NCBI GenBank assembly: GCA_014730115.1
Contig: WJIU01000027.1
Span: 1-56,346 of the forward strand
Direction: 5' to 3'
DNA from: Candidatus Micrarchaeota archaeon
GTDB lineage: Archaea; Micrarchaeota; Micrarchaeia; Anstonellales; Bilamarchaeaceae
DNA length: 56,346 nt
Position numbers and translations under genes: made by a program. Positions 18,510-27,857 of the stretch are shown in pieces. The notes beneath the pieces were generated by a model. That model made no database searches. It was not told the DNA's origin and saw nothing but the letters and a program-made list of their open reading frames with translations. Each line of letters starts with the position of its first letter. Position 1 is the stretch's first letter.

Positions 18510-18709
18510 AGGATTATTCTGCCCTTTCTTGTTTATAACCGTTTCATGGGGGCGGCACAGTTATGGCAGGAAAGCGTACCTGCCTTCTGCGCGGGCAAGC
18601 AGTCCGGTGGGGGGACCGAGCCCCTTTGCACCACGTCTATGTTGAATATCACCTTCAGGAGCAGAGAGGCGTAATTATGCCAAAATATGAAATAATAGAT
18701 AAAGGGTGG

Positions 18710-20671
18710 CTATTCCAGCTCTTCATAAGCCATGGAGATGTCAACATCCTTTATGTCCTGTTTTGCCAGTGGCTTGTCCTTCAGCTGGGGAAGCTGCTCC
18801 TCGTACCTTGGCTTGTCGGCCTTGTAGAAAACGCCTATCGGCACTTTTTTGTATTCAGTTTCCTCACCCTCGTAAGCCTTTTTCAGTGCAGCCCACCTGT
18901 CACCCTTGTCGTGCCCGTCCCCCAGCTTGTATATCCTTTCCTGGAACCACGGGTAGGTGTTCAGCTTGTTGAAGGTGACGCAGGGCTGGAAGACATCAAT
19001 GAATGAGAACCCCTTATGCTCAATTGCCTGCCTGATAAGCCCTTTCAGGTGCGCCGGGTCGCCTGCAAAGCCCCTTGCAACAAAGGTCGCTCCGCCATTG
19101 ATTGCGGTCACCAGGGGCCGGAACGGCTCCTCAATCACGCCCCAGGGAGTGGTCTTTGTCTTCATCCCCTTCTGGCTGGTGGGCGAGGCCTGGCCGGTGG
19201 TAAGCCCGTAAATCTGGTTGTTGTGAACGATATAAGTGAGGTCATAGTTTCTCCTCATTATGTGGACAAAATGCTGGACCCCTATTCCGTAGCCGTCGCC
19301 GTCTCCCCCTACTGCAATTACATTCAGGCTGGCATTGGCTAGCTTTACCGCGGAAGCCACCGGCAGGGGCCTGCCGTGTATTGCCTCAAAGCCGTAGGTA
19401 TCCACGTAATGGGGGAGCTTGCTGGAGCAGCCAATCCCTGAAACCAGCACGGTCTCGTGCCGGGGCAGGTTCAGGTCAGCAAGCGCTCCCTTGAGCGCAG
19501 TGATGAGGCCGAAGTTGCCGCAATTGTGCAATGTCGCATTCTGGGTGACGTAGGATTCAGCATCTTCCACCTCAAGGTTGAAGACTGTTCCGTCATGTTG
19601 GTACTTCTCGATTCTCTTGATGGGAAGATAGACATAGTTACTGTCCTTTATTATCAGGGACCTCGGGTTCCCCTCTTTTCTTGACGCTACTCCCATTATG
19701 CCCATCAACCTGTTGAAACAATCCGGTTCTTTGACAAATAAGGAATAGCTCTTTTTGTGGATCCCATGTGGTTCCTCGCTATGTATGGAAGGTATTATCC
19801 CCTGCCTGAGGAGCAGAAGTTTAATCTGGTTACATAGTGCGAGTGATATTGTTTTGTAGGATGCCTCCACATCGGAAATCCAACCATCGCCTCTCCAGAG
19901 CGCCTTCAGAAGTTCTGCCTGTTTCTCTGGAGGTAAAATCATCGCAAACTGAGGGATTTTTTTATTTGCAGCGTCGCTTCCAAGCAGATTTCTGAATGCC
20001 CGGGCTAGCAAGGAAGAACTGGCATGTATTTCAATTGTGTTCTTTTCACTTCTCTCTTTAGTTGTTGCCTTGAGTCCGAATAGGTTTGATATTATGGATT
20101 CAACATCCTGCACATATTCTCTTTCCCTGATGTTAAACGTTAAGACCACTTCTCGTTTGTGTACGTGCCCTTCTGCAAGATAATATCCCAATAACCGCAT
20201 GAATTCTGGTCCTACTGCTACTGATTCTGGAATCGCGGTGCTCTTTCTATCCATATCATTTACATCATAATTCATTCTGACCTGTTCAACATCCGTAATT
20301 TGCTTTGGAATTGGGTATGCAACATAATCTCCGACTTTGAGGTGCTCTGCTTCCACCCATTCCAGCGGGAATTCGGAATTATTCCTTTTTTTCTGTACTC
20401 TCCTTGAGATGTATAATGGGTGCTCATGTGTAAGGTCGCAAGTTCCAAAATTTTTCACAGTAACTTTATACATATCCCCTATGTGGTGATGACTCATCAC
20501 CTCTGTTATTCTGTGATATTCACCATCAAACCCCAGCACCTTGTCTCCAACTTCGAGATCCTTTATCTCGATAATATCCGGATTTGTGTGTATTAAAGTA
20601 TCAGGTAATACACATCCCGGGCACCACTGAATCTTTTCCTGAACATCCAAATCCTTTATAGTAACACCCAT
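18710..20671 (-). CDS. 2-oxoacid:ferredoxin oxidoreductase beta (TPP-binding) subunit, interrupted by an intein
   Basis: The true start MGVTIKDLDVQEKIQWCPG lies 10 nt after the alpha-subunit stop. The exteins join to WCPG|CGNFG...GIGCSS...VGGDGDGYGIG...HNNQIYGLTTGQ, giving 289 aa after splicing. The track start 20824 overlaps the alpha gene. Confidence 0.9.
   Translation of the reverse strand: MGVTIKDLDVQEKIQWCPGCVLPDTLIHTNPDIIEIKDLEVGDKVLGFDGEYHRITEVMSHHHIGDMYKVTVKNFGTCDLTHEHPLYISRRVQKKRNNSEFPLEWVEAEHLKVGDYVAYPIPKQITDVEQVRMNYDVNDMDRKSTAIPESVAVGPEFMRLLGYYLAEGHVHKREVVLTFNIREREYVQDVESIISNLFGLKATTKERSEKNTIEIHASSSLLARAFRNLLGSDAANKKIPQFAMILPPEKQAELLKALWRGDGWISDVEASYKTISLALCNQIKLLLLRQGIIPSIHSEEPHGIHKKSYSLFVKEPDCFNRLMGIMGVASRKEGNPRSLIIKDSNYVYLPIKRIEKYQHDGTVFNLEVEDAESYVTQNATLHNCGNFGLITALKGALADLNLPRHETVLVSGIGCSSKLPHYVDTYGFEAIHGRPLPVASAVKLANASLNVIAVGGDGDGYGIGVQHFVHIMRRNYDLTYIVHNNQIYGLTTGQASPTSQKGMKTKTTPWGVIEEPFRPLVTAINGGATFVARGFAGDPAHLKGLIRQAIEHKGFSFIDVFQPCVTFNKLNTYPWFQERIYKLGDGHDKGDRWAALKKAYEGEETEYKKVPIGVFYKADKPRYEEQLPQLKDKPLAKQDIKDVDISMAYEELE
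19523..20614 (-). mobile_element. 364-aa intein with LAGLIDADG homing-endonuclease domain
   Basis: It starts at Cys1 (CVLPDTLIHT), has a block-B TxxH (DLTHEH) and two LAGLIDADG-type motifs (LLGYYLAEGHV, ALWRGDGWIS), and ends ...ATLHN followed by +1 Cys. The insert looks visibly more AT-rich than the flanking exteins. Confidence 0.85.
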
Positions 20672-20681
20672 GTCATCACCT

Positions 20682-22490
20682 CTAAAGCCCGTGCCTCTGC
20701 GGATTGTAGTATTCCAGGTCCTTTTCCTCATGTATGCGGATTTCCTTCTTTCCTTTGTATCCTGAATCCCTGAGCTTTTCGACCTGCTCTGCAATCTGCT
20801 CTGCAAAGAACTGCCTGCCGTCATATTTCAGGACAAGGAAGTCCGGTTCCCATCCGCAGTATTCCTTTAGCATTCCCGCAAACTGGCCGGTTGAGTTGTT
20901 TTCAATCATGACCGTGTTCCTGCAGCCCTTCAGCACTCCCAGGACTTTTTCCCTGTCCAGTGGATAAAGGCAGGAGAAGTGCACCACATTCACGTCAATC
21001 CCCTTCTTTTTGAAGATTCCCATGGCATCCAGCGCAGGAAGCTTCTGGGAGCCCCAGCAGACAACTGTTGCCTCTGCATCCTCCGGTCCATAAGTTTTAG
21101 GCGCTTCCAGGTCCTTCAGCAGGCCATTTATTTTCGCCGCCCTTTTGTCCACCTGCCTGGTTCGCATGATAAAGCTTTCTGTGCTGAACCCGGTCTCATC
21201 ATGCTCATAGGAAGTTCCCACGTGCATGCCGTTGGGTGTGCCCGGGAATACCCTTGGGGACACGCCGCCTTCGGTTAATTCATACCTTTTGAAGCGGGTG
21301 TTCGGCTCCAGTGGGGGGAGGTCCTCTGCAATCCTGCCCCTCTGGATGCTGATTCTGCTTTCATCAAAACGTTCAGATGAGAACACCGTCTCTGCCAGGA
21401 ACTTGTCTGATATCACTATCACCGGAAGCTGGTATTTTTCCGCCAGGTTGAATGCCTCTGCCCCCAGCTGGAAGCATTCCCCAACATCCCCCGGCGCCAG
21501 CACCACCCTCAGGAACTCTCCCTGGGATGCGTGCAGTGCAAACCTCAAATCGCCCTGCTCGGTCCAGGTGGGCATTCCCGTGCTGGGTCCCACCCTCTGG
21601 ACAAGCACTGCCACAACAGGGGACTCGGAAAGCGCTGCCATCCCCAGGGCCTCCACCATCAGGGAGAATCCCCCGCCTGATGTTCCGGTCATGGACCTGA
21701 CCCCGGCAAAGGAAGCACCAACAGTGTAGTTCATTGCCGCTATTTCATCCTCGGTCTGCTTTACCACGATATTGAACTTTCTTTCATTTGCAAAAAGGTA
21801 ATGAAGTATGGATGAGGCCGGTGTCATCGGGTATGCGGAATACATCTTCATCCCGCCTTTTACTGCTCCGAGTGCAATTGCCTCGTTTCCGGACACCAGC
21901 ATCTTCCTCTGCTCAGAAAGCGGCTTGATTTTCTGCTTTAAATCAACTTCCTTTGACTTTACGTATTCATAACCTGCTTTTGCAACCGCTATGTTCTTTT
22001 CCACTATTTCCTTTCCCTTTCTGCCAAATTCGTCTCTGAGCACCCCGGAAAAGATTTCCAGTGGGTAATCTACCATGCCCAGGATGGCGGCAAGGGCTGC
22101 AACATTCTTCATCTTGATGTTTCCGCCTGCCTCTTCAGTCAGCTTTCCCAGGGGCACGGCCAGGGTCTTTACCCCTTCAGGGATGTCAAACCCGCTGATA
22201 TCCTCTGCCTCATCATAGAGTATAACGCCGCCTTTGCCGACAAAGTCCTTATGATAAAACACGGCATCCCTGTTGAGGGCCATTACAATATCGCATCTCC
22301 CGGGAGGCGAATGCACCGGGTGGGTTCCGGTGGTGACCTGCACCATGTTGTGCCCTCCCCTTACCAGGGACGGGTATTCGGGATACCCCACAACATTATA
22401 GCCCCCGCGGGTAAAGCATTTTGCAATCATTCTTCCGGCGACCATCACTCCTGCGCCGGCCTGTGCGCCAATCCTGATACTAAACAACAT
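20682..22490 (-). CDS. 2-oxoacid:ferredoxin oxidoreductase alpha subunit (fused gamma-alpha domains)
   Basis: 602 aa. The N-terminal gamma-like domain is RIGAQAGAGVMVAGRMIAK...GYPEYPSLVRGGH. The alpha core is GNEAIALGAVKGGMKMYSAYPMTPAS. This is the two-subunit layout seen in Sulfolobus/Aeropyrum-type OFORs. Confidence 0.9.
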   Translation of the reverse strand: MLFSIRIGAQAGAGVMVAGRMIAKCFTRGGYNVVGYPEYPSLVRGGHNMVQVTTGTHPVHSPPGRCDIVMALNRDAVFYHKDFVGKGGVILYDEAEDISGFDIPEGVKTLAVPLGKLTEEAGGNIKMKNVAALAAILGMVDYPLEIFSGVLRDEFGRKGKEIVEKNIAVAKAGYEYVKSKEVDLKQKIKPLSEQRKMLVSGNEAIALGAVKGGMKMYSAYPMTPASSILHYLFANERKFNIVVKQTEDEIAAMNYTVGASFAGVRSMTGTSGGGFSLMVEALGMAALSESPVVAVLVQRVGPSTGMPTWTEQGDLRFALHASQGEFLRVVLAPGDVGECFQLGAEAFNLAEKYQLPVIVISDKFLAETVFSSERFDESRISIQRGRIAEDLPPLEPNTRFKRYELTEGGVSPRVFPGTPNGMHVGTSYEHDETGFSTESFIMRTRQVDKRAAKINGLLKDLEAPKTYGPEDAEATVVCWGSQKLPALDAMGIFKKKGIDVNVVHFSCLYPLDREKVLGVLKGCRNTVMIENNSTGQFAGMLKEYCGWEPDFLVLKYDGRQFFAEQIAEQVEKLRDSGYKGKKEIRIHEEKDLEYYNPQRHGL

Positions 22491-22624
22491 AAAATCACTT
22501 CTGCTGGGGTAAGGGTTCTGGTGAATATTTTTTAACTATAACGTAATTCTTCCCGTCGGTTGTCGTTTTCAGGTGTTTAATATACATTTTTATACATTTT
22601 GCAACTATTATACACAGTGGTCTA

Positions 22625-24001
22625 ATGTCTATCCAGGATATGCTAAATAAAATGAAGGCAGCCAAGGGAAGGAGCCAGAAGGTTGTCCAGCTGCCGGTCA
22701 AGACAAAGAAAAAGCCGGAAGAGCCGCCCCAGGAAGTGCGGCGGCAGGAGCCCCTTGTAGAAAAACAGCCGGAAAAGGGCAAGGCTGCTTATGAAAGGGA
22801 TTTTCAGGAAAGGCAGAAGGAGGAAACAGAGGAAGAGTCTGCAGTTCTCGCAGAAACAGTCCCAAGAATCTATTTCGGAAAGACCGTGACCGCACCCAGG
22901 CATGAAGGGTGCGGGGAAGCGGGCTACATCCTTGGCTTCGGGAAGAGGCCTAAAAATGCCAAGCCGGCATACCTCAGAGAGGTTGGAAAAGAGGAGCGTT
23001 CCGGGGACAGCACCTACAACCAGCTGACTGAGGCGATGGTTGTCCTGAGAAAGCACTCAATTTCCCTGGAGGAGGGGCCTTATGCCGACCGGGACGGACT
23101 GGTGGATGAACTAACAAAAGAGATTTCAAAAGGGGCCTCCGGCACAATACAGCTTATCGACCGCGCGATTGATGTGCTCAGGCCCTTTATTAATGCTGAG
23201 GTGGAAAACGCCTACCCCCGGGTCCATGAAAGCAGCTACAGCTTCAGATTCAATGAAAGCTTTGGCCTGCTTCCTGACGAGCCCCCTGCCGCCGGCAGCA
23301 TCCTTGCCCATGAAGACCGGTACCGGTTGAATGAAACTACCGGGGGCCAGGATATTATGATTGCCCACATGATGGAGCCCTACATCCTTGCAGCGGCAGT
23401 TTTGCGCAGAAACAATCTGGGCGCCTATCCGGCCCTGGCAGTGTTTGATGCAGGCCAGGGCGAGCAGAAGTTTTCTCCTCTGATGACAATTGTAGACCTG
23501 GGCAGGCAAGTTCCTTTAACCACGTTTGCGCTTATGCGCGCCCACCCGCCGATGGGCTCTGTTGATGTCATCAGCGACAGGGCAATGACCGGTGTGCTCT
23601 ATGCAATCCATGCCGAGCAGCGGGTCAAGCACCTTACCCTTGAGATGGTGGAGCGGAGCAAGAAAGGCGAATATCTTACTGAGGATGAGATAACCAACCA
23701 GCTTGACCGGGTGGCAAGGTGCCTTTTTGACTGCCACCGGGTGTGGCCCGGCACCCATTTTGTAAGTGATGCTCTAGTATTCACTTCCCGGGAAGTCGGT
23801 GAGGCGGCCATGGCCATGTACCTCGGGGAGCTGCAGGCGAACCAACATCTGCTTGCCCAGAAGAATCCGGAGATGGCCATACCCGGAATGATGGAGCAGC
23901 AGGCATCGCAGATTGCCATGGAGACCGGAAACCAGTACCGGCAATTTGTCCTTAACAGGCTGAGCGAGAGAATTGAAAAAACAGAAGCAAAAAGCGGATG
24001 A
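22625..24001 (+). CDS. Hypothetical protein (Lys/Glu-rich N-terminus, globular C-part)
   Basis: 458-aa ORF with no long antisense competitor. It ends 11 nt before the likely start (ATG 24012) of the S-layer-like gene. I recognise no family. Confidence 0.6.
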   Translation: MSIQDMLNKMKAAKGRSQKVVQLPVKTKKKPEEPPQEVRRQEPLVEKQPEKGKAAYERDFQERQKEETEEESAVLAETVPRIYFGKTVTAPRHEGCGEAGYILGFGKRPKNAKPAYLREVGKEERSGDSTYNQLTEAMVVLRKHSISLEEGPYADRDGLVDELTKEISKGASGTIQLIDRAIDVLRPFINAEVENAYPRVHESSYSFRFNESFGLLPDEPPAAGSILAHEDRYRLNETTGGQDIMIAHMMEPYILAAAVLRRNNLGAYPALAVFDAGQGEQKFSPLMTIVDLGRQVPLTTFALMRAHPPMGSVDVISDRAMTGVLYAIHAEQRVKHLTLEMVERSKKGEYLTEDEITNQLDRVARCLFDCHRVWPGTHFVSDALVFTSREVGEAAMAMYLGELQANQHLLAQKNPEMAIPGMMEQQASQIAMETGNQYRQFVLNRLSERIEKTEAKSG

Positions 24002-24011
24002 ATTTGGTGAT

Positions 24012-26261
24012 ATGATGAAATTGAATTTGTGTAAGGTCAGGGAAAGGAAGGAAGAAAAGAAAAATGATGCTGAAAAGGCGGGAGTTTGGGACAGGATGAA
24101 AAGGCATGCGTCCCGGCTCGCTGCTGCAGTTGCAGTAACAATCACCGTTGGTGCGGGCTTCGGGTGCTCCGGAGTTGCAAGGAGGTCTTTGGAGTGCGAT
24201 GGCGGCGTCTGTCCGGACCGGGATGCAGCTGCTGATGCCGACACTGGACAGGACGGCGACACCGGAGATGCTGGGCCGGTGCTGCCAGAGAGGTCTTTTG
24301 CAAACCTTGTGGGGGACTATCTGAACAGGAGCCTGCTGGACAGGACTGATAACGGGTTTGGCAATCCGGAGGCAGAATATGCCATGGGAGGTTCTGACAC
24401 ATCAGAAAATGCAAATCCTTTTACTGACGGCATGGGCGGAAGCATAGGGCCTTCAGAGGCATTCCTGAACAGGACTGATGATGCTCTCTTTGAGCCTCTT
24501 GCAACCAGGGTGGTCACTGACGATGTCACAGGCCACAGCTATGCGGAAAGGCAATATATCTATGTAAGAGGGGACAACCACTACGAATCCAGTGTTGCTG
24601 ACGTGGTGGGAAGGCTGGACTTTCTTGCCTATGCGCTGAAGTTTGACGGCCCGGAAGAAAACGAGTCAGGCATTGCAGTGTGCACGCACGGCCTTGGAGC
24701 CGGAGGGGCATGCGGCCTGCCCGGCTATACGGGCCCTGAATCACGGAGAAGGGAAATCTTTTTCCTGGGAGAGCCCTGGATTATCACTGAAATGAATCCC
24801 CCCGATGTTGAACTTGCCGATGAAAACCGGGTTGTGAACGGGGGCATGATTAAGCTTGCAAAGGAAAGCACAAGCGCAATACTGGGCGTTTCCGAATCCC
24901 TTATTGCAGAAGGCCTTGAGTTCAGGCTATGGGGCATTGAAGAGCATGGGGGGTGCGGTCTGCAATTATTGACATTGTCAATGCAGAAGGCGAAACAATA
25001 CAAAGAGACCGTGTAAGCCCTGGCCAGACCAAGGAGTTCTCTGTTGCAGGGGAAAGCTACAAGCTGCACGTCTACCAGACATTTGACGGCCATGCTGATA
25101 TTGCCCTGCTCTCCAGGGAGCTGGAGCTTGAGGACGGCGAGGAGCTGAATTTGGACGACGATGACAATCCGAATTACACAGTTGCGCTAGGATGGAAAAA
25201 TCTCGGTGCTTCAGGAACTGCATCAGGGCCTGACGCACTCAGGACAATCATAGTCTACTCGGGAAACATTGAAGACCTTTCAGCAAGCGGCAGCAGAAAC
25301 CTTGAAGCAGGGGACTTTGTTCCCATAGTGGAAAATCCCGCCAGCTGGAGGCTTTATTACCAGGGCCTTGAAAGCGGGGAGTTCATTAATTTCCGGTTTT
25401 CGCTGGAGGAATATGACAGGATGATAAGTGAAAGCAGGGGGCCGGTGATGGACGGTGTTCAGGTCGCCTGCCTTATCCGGGGCGCTTATCTTCATGTGCA
25501 GGCAGATGGACCCGGAGCTGTTTTCATGGTTGAAAGAACGGATGCAGAAGGGCAGTCTTCCTCAAATGAGTTTTTTTGTTGCACTTGCAAACGGGGCAGC
25601 CTGCGACAGCGACAGTAATGGGGTCTATGAGAGCGGGCTGCCGCCGTCTACAGTATTTATGCGGGCCTCCCCGTCCAGTGATGATTACGGCCTTGCAGAG
25701 CCAACCCTGAATGGGCTGACCGTGACTGCACTGGACCTTGGCACCGGGTTCCACGGAATGGAAGGAGATGTTGCCGGAGGATTTGAGAACGGAGGGGTGA
25801 TTCATTTCGAGAGCCGCGAAACAACAGAATCCGGGGACAGCCGGCTCTCCTCGCTGCTTGGCTTTTACGGAATGGAATCGGTCCGCTGTACATCAGCTGA
25901 ATGTGCTGATGTCTATGCGGTGGCTGCAGAAAGGGCAGGACAAGGAAGCTCTGACGGATTCACCGACTACTGGATTTTCGGAACAGCCCATACCGGCAAT
26001 CCTTCAGAGGCAACATTTGTATTTGACTCGTCCGCAGGCTTGGAGCCGCTGGCATCATCAGGTGAGGAGGCCCTCTACGGCCACGCAACCAACAGATACA
26101 GCGGAATTACCGGCCCGGTGAACCCAGGCATGGAGATGGCGGAAGAAGGCTACCTCTCTGAAAGGGGCTCTGAGTTTGTTTCGGTATCTGACAACCGGCT
26201 TGAATTCAGGATGAGCAGAAGGCTGGGAAGGTGTATCTGGGCCCTTGTGGCAGAAGAATGA
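24012..26261 (+). pseudogene. S-layer-like, lipobox-anchored surface protein gene split into three frames by two homopolymer frameshifts
   Basis: GGTGA precedes ATG 24012. The N-terminus is a charged segment plus TM plus GFGCSG. The three track ORFs 23973-25016, 24953-25618 and 25455-26261 join into one ~750-aa reading frame if the G6 run (24948-24953) gains 1 nt and the T7 run (25571-25577) loses 1 nt. Confidence 0.55.
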
Positions 26262-26263
26262 AC

Positions 26264-26363
26264 CGGGCCCGGAGGGATTCGAACCCCCAACCTAGTGGTT
26301 TCTCCAGCAATCAGGAGAAGGCTTCCGAAGCCACTCGCCCTGTCCAGGTTAGGCCACGGGCCC
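26264..26363 (-). tRNA. tRNA-Arg (anticodon TCG) with a 25-nt canonical 37/38 intron (26300-26324)
   Basis: Acceptor GGGCCCG/CGGGCCC, anticodon stem AGTGG/CCACT, loop CTTCGG|...|A. The BHB helix is CUUC:GGAG, with bulges GG|A and AA|A. T loop is TTCGAAT. Confidence 0.8.
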
Positions 26364-26460
26364 TGTTAGCTATTTTTCTTTACAATTCATAAACTTTCCA
26401 TAAGATTATGTGGTTAATGATGGATATATTTATATATTAAACTCCTTATATATGTTCATC

Positions 26461-26823
26461 ATGGGAAAAGCTCATGCTTTCTTTGGATGCAAGGCCGGGA
26501 AGGAAAAAGTCCAGAGGGAGCTGGAAAAGTTAAAAACATTTCTTAAAATTCCCCCGCAGCTTGAGCTTTCCCTGAAAAGAGGCCCCAAGAGCGTCGGGGG
26601 AGGCATCACCCTTCTTGCAATAGCCACTGCAGCGGATTCAGCAGGAACCGAATATGCGCTTGAAGCCAGCTGCAGGGGGAAATCCAATGAGGAAGTGGCT
26701 GATGAGCTTGCCAAGCTTATGAATCTGTTTCCCCGTACCGACCTTAAGGGAAAAGCAGAGGAACTCAGCTTCCAGATAGTATTCAAGAACGGGGACGAAT
26801 ACGTTTTCCGGGACTCTACCTAG
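26461..26823 (+). CDS. Hypothetical protein (120 aa)
   Basis: ATG 26461 follows an AT-rich promoter-like region. The track start 26410 lies inside that AT-rich stretch. I recognise no family. Confidence 0.55.
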   Translation: MGKAHAFFGCKAGKEKVQRELEKLKTFLKIPPQLELSLKRGPKSVGGGITLLAIATAADSAGTEYALEASCRGKSNEEVADELAKLMNLFPRTDLKGKAEELSFQIVFKNGDEYVFRDST

Positions 26824-27712
26824 TGAACACTTCGCATCCGTCTTTTGTAACCATCAGGGTATGCTCAGCCTGGGATACCAGGCCCCTGCTCACTTCTCTC
26901 AGAATCGGGTATCCTTTGATGAAATGGTTCTGCAGGAGTTCTTTCAGGGCAGCGCTTACAAGGAGTTTTGACTTGAATTCCTTTCTTATCCAGCGCTCTG
27001 CAAAGGGAAGAGTGCCGTAGTTTTTCACCACAAAGTCTATGATTTTCCTGGACTGCCTCATCCTTACCTTGGACGGCATGTAGATGGAGAATATCTCCAC
27101 CTGCTCAAGGTCCTCCACATAGCCCGACCCGGTTGTGGAGAACGGCTCCACCGCAAAGATGTCCCCCTCCTGGAGCGCATAGGGGTCGTCGGTTTTTACA
27201 TTCGGGATTTCCACCCCTGCATGCAGCTGGTTGGACTTTATCATGTGTCCGGAAAGATTGGCGATTGGCTTGAAGCCATAGCCCTTGATTGTCTCTTCAA
27301 TCACACCGCCAACTTCTCCTACCCTGACTCCCGGCTTTATTGTATTAATTGCATTTTCAAGGGCCTTTTCCGATGATTCCACCAGATTTTCATGCTTTCC
27401 GCTGAGGTCAATTGTATAGGCGGTGTCGGACAGGGCTCCGTTAACCTCCATGCCCAGGTCCACCTTGACCATTTCATCTTCCTTCAGGACCCGGGTGGAA
27501 TCAATTTCGGGAGTGTAGTGCGCGGCGATGTCATTTATTGAAATATTAACCGGAAATGCGGGTCGGGCCCCCTCATCCGCAATCATCTTTTCTATGGTCT
27601 CGGCAATGTCCAGCAGGGATTCGCCGACCATAATCAGGCTCTTGCTTTCCTGGCGGATTTTTGAGGCCAGCTTTCCCGCTTCCCTGAAATTCTGGAGTTC
27701 ATCATTATCCAT
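26816..27712 (-). CDS. map: Methionine aminopeptidase, type 2 (archaeal)
   Basis: The pita-bread fold metal ligands are in order (DLG..., D in VNGALSDTA, GHMI, FAVEPF, EHT) together with the type-2 helical insert. ATG 27712 (MDNDELQNFREAGK) is preferred. Confidence 0.9.
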   Translation of the reverse strand: MDNDELQNFREAGKLASKIRQESKSLIMVGESLLDIAETIEKMIADEGARPAFPVNISINDIAAHYTPEIDSTRVLKEDEMVKVDLGMEVNGALSDTAYTIDLSGKHENLVESSEKALENAINTIKPGVRVGEVGGVIEETIKGYGFKPIANLSGHMIKSNQLHAGVEIPNVKTDDPYALQEGDIFAVEPFSTTGSGYVEDLEQVEIFSIYMPSKVRMRQSRKIIDFVVKNYGTLPFAERWIRKEFKSKLLVSAALKELLQNHFIKGYPILREVSRGLVSQAEHTLMVTKDGCEVFTR

Positions 27713-27857
27713 GCAAAAAACCTCCCTGTATTTATGTGGGGGATGCACTTAAAAGGTTCTACGATTGTGGCATAAATTTAAATATCATGGAAACGTAAGG
27801 AATACAGGCGTTTGAAAACCTCCAAATAAGTAGTGTTTCACTTAAATCCTGATTGTA

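Noticed and set aside
20672-20824. N-terminal extension of the OFOR beta ORF (track start 20824)
   Set aside because: It overlaps the alpha-subunit 3' end by 143 nt in another frame and has a Ser/Arg-rich composition. The conserved beta N-terminus starts at MGVTIKDL.
24941-25016. Intron as the explanation for the first frameshift in the S-layer-like gene
   Set aside because: The conserved protein sequence continues across the G6 run with at most 1-2 nt missing. That leaves no room for an intron of plausible length, and I saw no helix-bulge motif.
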